Shown here: in pieces, positions 40,362 through 51,200 of the stretch
Layout: the number at the start of each line of letters is the position of its first letter
How positions within the stretch are numbered: the first letter of the stretch is position 1
Origin: Thermotogota bacterium
GTDB lineage: Bacteria > Thermotogota > Thermotogae > Petrotogales > Kosmotogaceae
DNA: 62,961 nucleotides
Assembly: GCA_034660555.1 (NCBI GenBank)
Contig: JAYEJL010000044.1
Coordinates: forward strand, 1-62,961
Direction: 5' to 3'
Translations under genes and position numbers: made by a program
Notes under the pieces: model-generated
What the model saw: only the letters and a program-made list of their open reading frames with translations
Database searches by the model: none
What the model was told of the DNA's origin: nothing

Positions 40362-42120
40362 CACCGTCATTCTTCAATAATTTAATTTTTAGCTGTTTGA
40401 GTTGTTCATCATCAACAGTTGATGGTGCTAATGTCATAAGGTCACTTCCAGTTGTGGTTTTTGGAAAAGCAATCACATCCCTTAGAGAATTAGAACCGGA
40501 TAGAATCATAATAAGTCTATCGAATCCAACAGCTATGCCTGCATGAGGAGGCGGTCCATATTTAAATGCCTCCAGTAAGAATCCGAACCGCTCGTTTACA
40601 ATTTCTTTTTCCATACCGATTATGTCAAATACCTTTTGTTGTAGTGAACTATCATGAATCCTTACACTTCCACTGGCAATTTCGTAACCATTTACTACAA
40701 GGTCGTAGGCATGAGAGCGAATTTTCAATGGATCATCTTTGAATCTTTCAATATCTTCAACATATGGCATGGTAAAAGGATGATGTTCTGCTTCAATACG
40801 TTCATATTCTTCATTATATGTGAACATCGGGAAATCAAGAACCCAGAGTAAATCAAAACCGTCTATCTTTTGACAATCTTCATGAATAATATTTTCCCTG
40901 ATCTTTCCCAGGGCTTTAGAGGCCAGAAGATTTTCAGCCACTGCAATCAAAATTACGTCGTTTTCTTCTGTGGTTAGTTTTGCAGCTACCTTTTTCAGTT
41001 CTTCTGAACAGTGCTTTGCCACAGGTGATTTCAATTCGTTTTCAACCTTTACCCACAGCAATCCGCCTAGTCCATTTTCTTTTGCGATTCTTGTTAAATC
41101 GTCAAGACGCTTCCTTGAAAATATGTCAGCTTTATTCTTAATGAGTATTCCCTTTACCCTATCTCCCTTTTCTAAAGAATCCTTAACCAATCTGAAATTC
41201 GTGTTAGAAAAGCAATCTGATACATCCGTGATTTCCATTTCATAACGTCTATCAGGTTTGTCAGATCCATATTTTTCAATTGCTTCTGTGTAAGTCATTC
41301 TGTCAAAGGGAACCTGTATATCTTTTTTAAGAACAACTTTGAAAATATTATTAAAAATCTCTTCGGTTAACTGAATAATGTCATCTCTATCCACAAATGA
41401 CATTTCCAGGTCTATCTGAGTAAACTCAGGCTGTCTATCTGCCCTGAAGTCTTCGTCTCTATAACACTTAACTATTTGATAATATCTATCCACTCCGCTA
41501 ATCATTAGTAATTGTTTGAATAACTGTGGTGATTGAGGTAAGGCATAAAATTTTCCTGGTTTAATTCTGGATGGCACAAGGAAGTCTCTGGCCCCTTCAG
41601 GAGTTGATTTTGTAAGCACAGGGGTTTCAATTTCTAAAAAATCTTTATCATTTAGAATACTTCGCGTTGCTTGAGCTGCTTTATGTCTAATAGCTAGATT
41701 CTTTTGCAGTGTTGGTTTTCTCAGATCAAGATATCGGTATTTTAATCTCATTTCTTCAGAGGCGTTATCATCAATGTTTACATAGATTGGTGGTGTTTCT
41801 GATGTTGAAAGTATTTCCATATCTTCTGAAAGTACCTCGATATAGCCCGTTTTCATATCAGGATTAATAGCATCTTCAGGTCTATTTCTAACAACACCTG
41901 TGACATTTATGACGTATTCCGCACCAATCTTTTGGGCTCTTTTGTAGGATTCACTTTCATTGGGATCGAATACAATCTGTGTGTACCCATATCTATCTCT
42001 TAACATAACAAATTTTATCCCGCCAAGATCTCGAATTCTATCTACCCAGCCACTCAGGACAACCTCCCGACCGCAATGTTTTGTTGTAAGATCACCACAA
42101 GTATGTGTACGTTTTTTCAA
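40336..42120 (-). CDS. aspS: Aspartate--tRNA ligase
   Basis: RTH.CG, GWV...RDLGG, EGARDF, LPQSPQLFKQ, RDED.RADRQPEF, GPPPH.G...G.DR; TTG 42120 follows SD AGGAGG. Confidence 0.97.
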   Translation of the reverse strand: MKKRTHTCGDLTTKHCGREVVLSGWVDRIRDLGGIKFVMLRDRYGYTQIVFDPNESESYKRAQKIGAEYVINVTGVVRNRPEDAINPDMKTGYIEVLSEDMEILSTSETPPIYVNIDDNASEEMRLKYRYLDLRKPTLQKNLAIRHKAAQATRSILNDKDFLEIETPVLTKSTPEGARDFLVPSRIKPGKFYALPQSPQLFKQLLMISGVDRYYQIVKCYRDEDFRADRQPEFTQIDLEMSFVDRDDIIQLTEEIFNNIFKVVLKKDIQVPFDRMTYTEAIEKYGSDKPDRRYEMEITDVSDCFSNTNFRLVKDSLEKGDRVKGILIKNKADIFSRKRLDDLTRIAKENGLGGLLWVKVENELKSPVAKHCSEELKKVAAKLTTEENDVILIAVAENLLASKALGKIRENIIHEDCQKIDGFDLLWVLDFPMFTYNEEYERIEAEHHPFTMPYVEDIERFKDDPLKIRSHAYDLVVNGYEIASGSVRIHDSSLQQKVFDIIGMEKEIVNERFGFLLEAFKYGPPPHAGIAVGFDRLIMILSGSNSLRDVIAFPKTTTGSDLMTLAPSTVDDEQLKQLKIKLLKNDGDGKDEDSY

Positions 42121-42238
42121 CTTGAGCACCTCCTGTCGTTAAATATTACCATGATAAGAGTATTCATTGAATATAGGGAAGTATTGGCAAAAGATATGGT
42201 AAAATCTTTTTTGAATACAATAATTGGGAGGTGGCCTT

Positions 42239-43939
42239 ATGAAAAAATCTTTAAAAATTTCTTTGATACTAATTGTAACGCTTGTTATGGCATCGATGGG
42301 ATTTTCAATTACCTATGCCGATGTTGCTTCAAATCATTGGGCTTATGATTCTATTGTGCGTCTGAGTGAGTTAGAAATACTTGCAGGTATCCCGAGAGAT
42401 GGAGAGCTTTATTTTGAAGGAAGCAATCCGCTATCGAGATATCAAGCAGCTGTACTTATTGACAAGGTTTTAACCTATGTAGGAGATAACTATGCCAAAA
42501 AAGGTGAAGTAGAACCAGTAGATGTAGAGCCCACAGAGGTTAAGATTCCAGAATCATTAACCAACAAAATCGAGGAATTTGATGTAGCACTGAAAGATAC
42601 CCAGGGAAATTATGTCCAGATGACCACAATTCTTGAGAGATTTAACACTCTTGATAAACAAATTGCAGAACTTCGAGAAGAAATGGAGCCAGCAGATGTC
42701 GCTCCGGTAGGTATTTCTTCAGAATTAAGGAAGTTAATTATTAGTACAAGTGAAGACATTTCAATCGTTTCAAAGAAAGTAGACAAACTGGAAACAAAGA
42801 CAACTGAACTTTCACAAAAAGATGAAGACATTATGGAAAGTCATTCACAACTTTCTAAAGATGTTGTTGATTTGAGTATGAATATTGAAACAGCTAACAC
42901 AAACATAAACGCTCTTTCTGAAGATCTTTCTAAAATTCTTCCAAAGGTTAGCTCTAATGAAGATTCAATAGCGAGTATAAGTAGCACACTTGAATCTTAC
43001 AAAGCTAGTATGGAAGAAACAAATAAAGAGCTGAACACATTAAAAAACGATTTTGCGTCATTTAAGGATACAGCGAATACAAATTATTCAGATATCGAAA
43101 ACAGAGTAGCCGGTATTGAAGAAGAGTTTGACAATCTTATTAATTCAACAGAAATGTCTGACAAACTCTCAGAACTGACAGAATCAATGATAACCGAAGA
43201 AGAACTTGCGGCAACACTTGAGGAAATGATTTCTGTGACGGATCTCAACGGCATATTGAAACTCTATGCAAAAATAGAAACTGTTGATGAATTGAAGACT
43301 ACTGTAAATGACCTTGATGTAGCGCTATCTAACAGAATACAGAATGTTGAAGACAGTGTGGACAAGGATCTTGGTGATCTATCGAGAAGGATCGCAGCTG
43401 TAGAAAACAGTCTTACTGAAATAGGAGCCCTTGAAGAAAATGTGACCTCACTTGAAAGTCTTTACACAGAACTAAGAACAGAGGTTTCATCAAATAAAGA
43501 TACAGTAGATTCACTGAATGCTAGAATAACTTCTCTGGAGACTTTTGAGGAGAATGTGAACAGAGAACTTAGTAGTATGAAGAATGTTGTAGTCGATGTC
43601 GCAAATCTCCAGGAACGTACGGATGAGATTGAAGCATCTGTTGATGCTAATGATTCAGCCATAGCTGCAATGAGTAGTAGAATAGATACTGTGGAAACAG
43701 TATTAACAGACGTTGCATCAAGCACAAACGCTAATGCAGAGAGTATTAATACTCTTGCTGCAATAGTATCGCAGAATAATGAGAATCTTGAAAAAGAGAT
43801 TGAAAATGTCAGGAAGAATACACCCACAAATGAAGAGGTCCAATCAGCCAGAAATGCTGCCAATACAGCAGCCTGGATTGGCGGAGCCGGAATAATTCTG
43901 GCTATTGTTGCAATAGTTTTACCATTTTTTTGGTTTTAG
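42239..43939 (+). CDS. SLH-domain coiled-coil envelope protein (Thermotogota Omp-alpha/OmpA-like)
   Basis: Signal peptide, SLH motif (Y.DV..NHWAY..I..L....IL.G...F.G....SRYQAA), about 450-aa acidic heptad coiled coil, C-terminal hydrophobic anchor. Confidence 0.8.
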   Translation: MKKSLKISLILIVTLVMASMGFSITYADVASNHWAYDSIVRLSELEILAGIPRDGELYFEGSNPLSRYQAAVLIDKVLTYVGDNYAKKGEVEPVDVEPTEVKIPESLTNKIEEFDVALKDTQGNYVQMTTILERFNTLDKQIAELREEMEPADVAPVGISSELRKLIISTSEDISIVSKKVDKLETKTTELSQKDEDIMESHSQLSKDVVDLSMNIETANTNINALSEDLSKILPKVSSNEDSIASISSTLESYKASMEETNKELNTLKNDFASFKDTANTNYSDIENRVAGIEEEFDNLINSTEMSDKLSELTESMITEEELAATLEEMISVTDLNGILKLYAKIETVDELKTTVNDLDVALSNRIQNVEDSVDKDLGDLSRRIAAVENSLTEIGALEENVTSLESLYTELRTEVSSNKDTVDSLNARITSLETFEENVNRELSSMKNVVVDVANLQERTDEIEASVDANDSAIAAMSSRIDTVETVLTDVASSTNANAESINTLAAIVSQNNENLEKEIENVRKNTPTNEEVQSARNAANTAAWIGGAGIILAIVAIVLPFFWF

Positions 43940-43958
43940 TTTTTGATTAGTCTTGTTT

Positions 43959-43989
43959 AAAACCCGGGATATTCAATCCCGGGTTTTTT
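43959..43989 (+). terminator. Rho-independent terminator
   Basis: AAAACCCGGGAT-ATTCA-ATCCCGGGTTTTTT. Confidence 0.9.
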
Positions 43990-44031
43990 GTTATAATCGT
44001 TAGGTGACAGGAGTTTTCGGAGGTGTTGGAG

Positions 44032-45327
44032 TTGTGGGTTTATATTGAATCATTGAAAAAACATGTTGGAGAAGAGGTAAAGATCAAAGGCTGGTTGAGA
44101 CGGTTCCGTTCAAGTGGCAAGATCCAGTTTCTTTATTTGAGAGATGGAACGGGTTTTGTACAGGGGATTGTTGAAAAAAGTTCTGTTTCAGCTGATGTGT
44201 TTGAACAGACAAAAGATATAAAAATGGAAGCGAGTGTTATCGTTAAAGGAATTGTAAAAGAAGAGAGTCGTGCACCTGGAGGAGTAGAAATACATGTAAA
44301 TGATGTAGAGATTGTACACAATCCTGGTGAAGACTTCCCTATTAATAAACCCGATCATGGCATAGATTTTCTCATGGAAAATCGTCACCTCTGGTTGCGA
44401 ACGAAACGACAGTTTCATCTGTCTCATATACGTAATGAAATAATCAAGGCTACCAGAGAATTTTATAATTCACGTAACTTTGTGCTTGTTGATACACCAA
44501 TTTTTACAGGTTCCATAGGAGAAAGCGCAGGAAACTGTTTTGAACTTGATTATTTTGATTATGGTAAAGCATATCTCGCTCAGACAGGACAGCTTTATCT
44601 CGAGGCAGCCTGCATGGGTTTGGGAAAAGTTTACAATCTTGGGCCTACCTTCAGAGCGGAAAAATCCAAGACCAGAAGGCATTTAATTGAGTTCTGGATG
44701 AACGAAGCAGAGGTAGCTTATTATAAACATAAAGACAACATCATGTTGCAAGAAGATCTTGTGGAGTTTGTGGTTAAAAAAACACTTGAAAGAGCGGAAG
44801 AGGATTTAAAGGAAATCAAAAGGGATACAAAAACATTAGAAAATGTTGAAAAACCTTTTCCCAGAATAACCTATACAGATGCTGTAAAGCTATTACAGAA
44901 GAAAGGCTTTGATATAAAATGGGGTGGAGACTTCGGGTCTGATGAAGAAACAGCTATTGCAAAAGAATTTAATAAACCGGTGATAATAGAAAAATATCCA
45001 AGAATGGCAAAGGCATTTTATATGCCTCCTGACCCCGATAATCCAGATGTTGTTCTCTGTAACGATCTTATTGCGCCGGAAGGTTACGGAGAAATCATCG
45101 GTGCTTCCGAAAGGATTTGGGAAGAGGATGTTTTGATTGAAAGGATAAATGAGTTTGGCCTGGATCCTGCGTCTTATGACTGGTATTTAGATTTAAGAAA
45201 ATTTGGTTCGGTACCACACAGTGGTTTTGGAATGGGTATAGAGAGAGTGGTTGCATGGATATGCGGTCTTGAACACGTTAGAGAAGCTATACCCTTTGCC
45301 AGAACACTTTACAGGATACATCCATAG
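44032..45327 (+). CDS. asnS: Asparagine--tRNA ligase
   Basis: GW....R.SGKI.F..LRDG, RHLWLR, YL.QTGQLY.E, FRAEKS.TRRHL.EFWM.E, PHSGFG.G.ER; start TTG 44032 (ORF track 44023). Confidence 0.95.
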   Translation: MWVYIESLKKHVGEEVKIKGWLRRFRSSGKIQFLYLRDGTGFVQGIVEKSSVSADVFEQTKDIKMEASVIVKGIVKEESRAPGGVEIHVNDVEIVHNPGEDFPINKPDHGIDFLMENRHLWLRTKRQFHLSHIRNEIIKATREFYNSRNFVLVDTPIFTGSIGESAGNCFELDYFDYGKAYLAQTGQLYLEAACMGLGKVYNLGPTFRAEKSKTRRHLIEFWMNEAEVAYYKHKDNIMLQEDLVEFVVKKTLERAEEDLKEIKRDTKTLENVEKPFPRITYTDAVKLLQKKGFDIKWGGDFGSDEETAIAKEFNKPVIIEKYPRMAKAFYMPPDPDNPDVVLCNDLIAPEGYGEIIGASERIWEEDVLIERINEFGLDPASYDWYLDLRKFGSVPHSGFGMGIERVVAWICGLEHVREAIPFARTLYRIHP

Positions 45328-45341
45328 ATGGAGTGAATGTA

Positions 45342-46376
45342 ATGGAAGATGAACGATTTCTCTCGCCTGAAACCAGGGATGAGTTTGAGGTAAAGAGTCT
45401 TAGACCCAAGACTCTCAACGAATATATTGGGCAGAAAAATGTCAAGGAACGATTGAAAATAGCAATAGAAGCTGCGAAAGTTAGAGAAGAAGCACTTGAT
45501 CATATTTTGTTGTCAGGACCTCCAGGTCTTGGAAAGACAACACTGGCACATGTTCTGGCAAATGAACTTGGCACAGGAATCTATGTAACCAGTGGTCCGG
45601 TTATTGAAAAACAGGGTGATCTTGCTGCAATATTAACGGGGCTGGAAAATGGTGATGTACTTTTTATTGATGAGATACACCGACTGGGCAGGTCAGTTGA
45701 AGAAATACTTTATTCAGCAATGGAAGATTTCCAGCTTGATATCATGATCGGAAAGGGGCCCAGTGCTAGATCCATAAGGCTGGATTTGAATCCGTTTACT
45801 CTTGTTGGCGCAACAACACGATCAGGAATGATCGGATCACCTTTAAGAAACAGGTTTGGAATGGTGCTTGAGATTGAGTTTTATCCAGAAGAGGAATTAA
45901 GACAGATTATAGAACGTTCTTCAGAATTATTGGATATAGAAGTGCAAAAACCCGCCGCAAAACTACTTGCGGAGCGTTCAAGAGGAACACCAAGGATTGC
46001 AAACAGATTGTTGAGAAGAGTCAGGGATCTGGCCACTGTTGATGGCAGTAACGTTATTAGCGTAGAAACAGTTAAAAATGCAATGAAATTGATGAAAATA
46101 GATGATCACGGTCTTGATGAAATGGATAGAAAAATACTTGCTACACTGATAACAAATTTTAATGGTGGACCTGCTGGAGTCAAAGCAATCGCAGCTTCTG
46201 TTGGAATTGAAGCCGAAACTATTAGTGAAGTGTACGAACCATATCTTCTTCAATCAGGTTTTCTTGTAAGAACAAACAGAGGAAGAAAGGTTACTGAAAA
46301 GGGATACGATTTTCTGAATATAAAATTGTCAAAAAACTCGTATCTGTTCAAGGATTTAGAAGAAAGGAAAAAATAG
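45342..46376 (+). CDS. ruvB: Holliday junction branch migration ATPase RuvB
   Basis: [47 protein letters not shown]. Confidence 0.97.
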   Translation: MEDERFLSPETRDEFEVKSLRPKTLNEYIGQKNVKERLKIAIEAAKVREEALDHILLSGPPGLGKTTLAHVLANELGTGIYVTSGPVIEKQGDLAAILTGLENGDVLFIDEIHRLGRSVEEILYSAMEDFQLDIMIGKGPSARSIRLDLNPFTLVGATTRSGMIGSPLRNRFGMVLEIEFYPEEELRQIIERSSELLDIEVQKPAAKLLAERSRGTPRIANRLLRRVRDLATVDGSNVISVETVKNAMKLMKIDDHGLDEMDRKILATLITNFNGGPAGVKAIAASVGIEAETISEVYEPYLLQSGFLVRTNRGRKVTEKGYDFLNIKLSKNSYLFKDLEERKK

Positions 46377-46379
46377 AAG

Positions 46380-46682
46380 ATGTTCATTCTGGGAAATTTC
46401 ATTTTTTCAATAGCTGTGATTCTCAAAATATTGATAAACCTTGAAGTTTTCTCAATTATACTTGTTGTTGTCATGAGCTGGTTGTTACCCGGGGGTTATT
46501 CTTCGTTCAGGATGTTTTTTGAAGCTCTTGGAAGTTTCGTGGTAAAGCCGCTAAGAAAAATTTTACCTGAGTTGCGAATTGGACCAATTGATCTTATGCC
46601 GCTTATTGCCATCCTCATACTGATTTTTCTGGACCAGTTTCTTGTCACAACTCTTTTTGATCTGGCAGAATTGATGAGGTGA
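46380..46682 (+). CDS. yggT: YggT family membrane protein
   Basis: MSW, P.R..LP....G.ID..P.IA. Confidence 0.85.
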   Translation: MFILGNFIFSIAVILKILINLEVFSIILVVVMSWLLPGGYSSFRMFFEALGSFVVKPLRKILPELRIGPIDLMPLIAILILIFLDQFLVTTLFDLAELMR

Positions 46683-46686
46683 TCTT

Positions 46687-47505
46687 TTGATAGCTGCCAT
46701 TTTTTTTAATTACAGTCGTATTGACAATAAAGAACAGGAAAGGATTTTAAATGAAATTAATAACCATAAAATCGAAACCTGTGTTTTTAATCAGAATTGT
46801 GTTGATGGATTAGATAATATTGACATTGTTATGACGTTTGGTGGTGATGGAACGGTACTGAGTGCGGTAAACGTAGCTTATAAAAGCACTATCCCCATTC
46901 TAAGTTTCAAGGTAGGTAGTGTTGGATTTCTGGCATCCTTTGAACTGGAAGACTTAAATAGAGCTTTAACACTTCTCTTAGAAAAAAAGTTAATTGAGGA
47001 CAAAAGAAAGTTATTAAAAATAGAAATGAGAAAAACAACTTTTATGGCTCTGAACGACTGCGTTCTGGAGAGGGGTTCTCCGAGCAGAACGGTGGAGTTT
47101 GAAGTAAGAATAGCGGATTATTCTCCTTATCTGATAATTGGAGACGGAGTTGTAATCTCCACAAGCACGGGATCAACAGCCTACAATCTTGCTGCTGGTG
47201 GAGCGTTGACAGATCCAAAAAGCGATGTCTATCAGATAACTCCATTATCTGCCCATAATCCTTACGTTGGACCGATTGTTCTGGCTCCATATCGTAAAGG
47301 CCATATAATGGTAAAAGACAATAAAAATGCACCCGTTAGGATCTATATTGATGGCTATGAAACGGGAACACTTGAAAAGGGAGATAGTGTTACTACAACT
47401 CTTTCAAACAAAATGATTTGTCTTCTTAGAGAGAAAGAATTTGACTTTGTCAGCGTTATGAAGAAAAAGCTCGCATTTGGAGGGAGATCAAGAAATGATC
47501 TCTAA
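46687..47505 (+). CDS. nadK: NAD(+) kinase
   Basis: GGDGT, G.VGFL, LND, GDG...ST.TGSTAYNL.AGG. Confidence 0.92.
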   Translation: MIAAIFFNYSRIDNKEQERILNEINNHKIETCVFNQNCVDGLDNIDIVMTFGGDGTVLSAVNVAYKSTIPILSFKVGSVGFLASFELEDLNRALTLLLEKKLIEDKRKLLKIEMRKTTFMALNDCVLERGSPSRTVEFEVRIADYSPYLIIGDGVVISTSTGSTAYNLAAGGALTDPKSDVYQITPLSAHNPYVGPIVLAPYRKGHIMVKDNKNAPVRIYIDGYETGTLEKGDSVTTTLSNKMICLLREKEFDFVSVMKKKLAFGGRSRNDL

Positions 47506-48187
47506 TAAAGGCAGGATAAAAATTGATGAACTGAAGAAGGACATCGTAAAAATGGCGCATTACATCCAACAACTTTACAGTAAAACAAATGTTGCTCTTC
47601 TTGAGAGAAATGAGCACTATGCCAGGGATGTGATTTATTCTGATTCCATAATTGACGCGTTTTCTGCTGAACTTGAAGAGAGAATTGTAAAGCTACTTGG
47701 TATTTTAACTCCAATTGGAAAGGATCTGCGGTTTCTTGCAAGTGCAATGGAAATCAACAGTTCACTTGAGCAAATTGCCGATAATTGTGTGGCAATTTCA
47801 GAAGAAGCCATCGAACTATCAAAAAAACCACCAATAGGATTGTATGAAAAATTACATAAGATGTTCAATGAGGTTTACAATATTTTATCTGGAGCAGTTC
47901 ATAATCTGATAGAACCATCATTTACCGAAGGAAAAATGATTTGTGAGAAGGACGATATAGTAGATAAACTTCTCGAAGATGCAGAAAAGGAACTGATTGA
48001 AATTATGGAAAACTCTCCTCAAGTAATGACAAGGGCTGTGTCATTACTTTTTGTTTTTAGATGCTTAGAAAATATTGCTGATTTATGTACAAAACTAATT
48101 ACTTGCGCTACGTTTATTGATACTGGAAAACACTATCGTTGTAAATCGGATACCCTGGCTGAAATAGAAATTGATGTGCAGGATTAG
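47495..48187 (+). CDS. phoU: PhoU-family protein
   Basis: Two PhoU repeats (D..ID....E; P...DLR; LE.IAD twice). Confidence 0.85.
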   Translation: MISNKGRIKIDELKKDIVKMAHYIQQLYSKTNVALLERNEHYARDVIYSDSIIDAFSAELEERIVKLLGILTPIGKDLRFLASAMEINSSLEQIADNCVAISEEAIELSKKPPIGLYEKLHKMFNEVYNILSGAVHNLIEPSFTEGKMICEKDDIVDKLLEDAEKELIEIMENSPQVMTRAVSLLFVFRCLENIADLCTKLITCATFIDTGKHYRCKSDTLAEIEIDVQD

Positions 48188-48207
48188 CTATTGCTGGAGG
48201 CATAACA

Positions 48208-51200
48208 TTGAAGAAGTTGATAGAATACATCATAAAACAAACAATCAGTCCCTTTCTTATAGGTCTTGGAGGATTCTTAATCTTCGTAAGCATTGAACTT
48301 TTGTATCAACTTTCCGACATAATAGTAAGGTACAAAGTGGGCATAGACAAACTCTTCTTGCTGATTTACTATAATCTTCCTTATTTCATAGTACTGGGTA
48401 TTCCTGTTGGCGTACTTCTGGGTATTTTTTGGGTGCTTTCACGTATGAGAGCAGACAACGAACTAATTGCACTTCAGACTCATGGAATAACATTAAGGAA
48501 GCTGGTAATCCCCTTTGTCATCTTTGCATTAGCCATGAGTTTTGTTAGTTATCTGTTTAATGACTATCTTGTTCCAGCAGGAAATAGGAAGGCTTCTGAG
48601 GCGCTTGCGAAATATGTCTACAAAAGACCTGAAATGACCTTCAAGGAAAATGCCTTTATGGAAGACGGCGAAGGACGATATCTTTATATAAAACGCATTG
48701 ATCCTGAAACAGGGACTCTCGAGGAAATTCTACTTTATGATATGAGTGAGAGGGGCAAAACAAGGGTAATAAGTGCTGACAACGCTACCTTCGATAAAAA
48801 TAGATGGGTAATGCATACCGGACGGATCTATGAGATGGATAGTAAGGGCTTTCTCACACTAGATATGACTTTTGAATCATTTGATTTGCAGTTCGAACAG
48901 GATATTGAAGAATATATCAGGACTTCGAAATCTCCAAGAGAGATGTCAAGCGAGGAACTCAGGGATAAGATAAAGTCCTATGATAAAATTGGAGTTGAAA
49001 CAGCTTCTCTTAAGGTCGCTCTTCAGGAAAAATTATCCACCGCGCTGGGACCACTGGTTATCGTTTTGATGGGAGTACCATTATCTCTTATGTTGAATTT
49101 GAGAACGAAGGCGTGGTCAGTAATTTTGACCTTTGTATTGGTAGTGGTTTATCAGGGTTCAGGTGCATGGTTAAGTGCCATGGGTAAAGAGAGATTAATT
49201 AATCCCGTTCTTGCTCCCTGGTTGCCTAATATTTTTTTCACAGCGATAGGAGTGGGTATTTACTTTCTCATTGATACAAAGATATCTTATAAATTCAGCG
49301 AATTACTGAATAGCATATTTAAAATAGGTGTGGTTCTTCTAATAATTTTTGTTGGCAGTCAGGCTTTCGCATATGATATTAATATTTCAGCAGAATCTTT
49401 TCAGGGCAGAGGTAATGAGATAAGACTTTATGGACCGGTAATACTTAAATATTCTGAAGGTGAATATGATGTAACCATTCAAGCTTCAAATGCCTCAGTT
49501 CTGATTGAAGGGGATAAACCAATATCAGCTACTTTTTGGGGAAATGTTGTACTAACAACGAAGGAAAGTGTTATAAATGCTGAAAGGATTGTTTTTGAGT
49601 TTGACAGAGAATGCATTCAGTCCTTTAATGTCAATACAAAACAGGCCTTACCTATTCCAAAAGTAGATGAAGCAGATGAAAAACAAGAAATAGATTTCTT
49701 TGTTTATACTGATTACAGTGAATCAACAATGAATGCCTCCCCTCTGTTGAGTACAGGATCCGGTTATATCACAACCTGTGATTATGACGAGCCACACTAC
49801 CGTTTTAATGTAACGGAAGCCACTGTCAAACAGGGGAAGTATATTATTGCTGAAAATCTCGTAATGACAATAGGAAAGGTTCCAGTATTTTACTTACCCT
49901 GGTATTATTTTTCTCTTGAGGATCCTGAAAGGCGTCCCTTTTCTTTTGAGATAACATCCTTTGAAGATTGGAAAAGTAAATTAACCTTGAGATATCTTAA
50001 CGTAGAGTGGCTCAATCTCGCATTTATTTGGGAACGTTACTGGAAAAGCGGTGAAGATTCCCTTTCAATCAAAACATTTTTTGAGACACCCCTTGGGGAT
50101 ATAGATTTGTTTGCTGAATATATTGAAATTGAAAATGCTTTTTTCCCTGGTGAGTTTGGTGGATACATAAGATTGCTCCCGGAAATAAAAGGTCAGCTGG
50201 AAATAGCAGCTCTTGCCTCTACGGGAGATAAAGTTTCAGATTCCATGAAGCAACCTTTTTCTGGATACGAGTTAGGCTACGAAATCGTCAAAGATAAGAG
50301 AAAAACAAAAAATGTTTTCGATATTGCCGGGGCGCTTGAAAATGTTGAATCATTTGATTATTTTACTTTCAAGTACAATACATCTGAGAATTCGAAAATT
50401 GACCTATCGCTTTCAGGTGGTATAGCAACCTATTTTGAAGATACTTTCAGTGAAACACCGACATCTCCATGGTTTTTTGGCCCAGTAAGTTTGCAGGTAC
50501 CAACGAATTTCAAGTATGAGTCGCCTAATGCTACCTTTAGTTCTGACACATTTAGATTGAGTTTTTTCACGGGCAAATTATTTGAAATTAAGAATGAAAG
50601 TTTCCAAAAATCAAACCTTACTTTTCGTACAAACGCAAAGATAAATAAGACAAAGGCAAGTTTTTTTAATACGAGTCTTTCAATCAATGAATTATCAATG
50701 AACATTGAATCCAATGCTACTAATACCTTTGAAAACTTGCTGAAGGCTGAAAATATGGAGGAATTTGTTTTTGATCTTAATGACTATGAATTAACTTCAG
50801 GCAATTTCGTTACAAGCGGTGATATTACAAGCTCATTCGATGCAGAAGAAAACATCCTTAGCCTTACCATGCCCGTCGATAAAAAGGGGAATGCGTTAAA
50901 CAACTTCAATTGGGAAGCATTTCAGTCTAAACTGAAATTAAACGGTCGATATGGTCTGGATTATAGTACTGATATACCTGCTACTTCAACAGAGTGTTAT
51001 ATATGGATTGAGCCGTTTAGCCTCTCATATAAAAGTTTTGTTGAGGTTTCATCAAAAATGAGGTTCTTTGCTGGTTACGCAAGAAACTGGCTATTTAGTT
51101 CAGTTAACACAGTTAGCAAGACCTTTGATATTCTGTCCTGGCAAAGAAGATCTTTTAGCTTTGATTCTTCATTAATCCCGGAGTACAGTATTACCTTTGA

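Noticed and set aside
40336..42120. Non-discriminating AspRS
   Set aside because: It has RDLGG rather than RDHGG, and a dedicated asnS lies nearby, so it is most likely the ordinary discriminating type.
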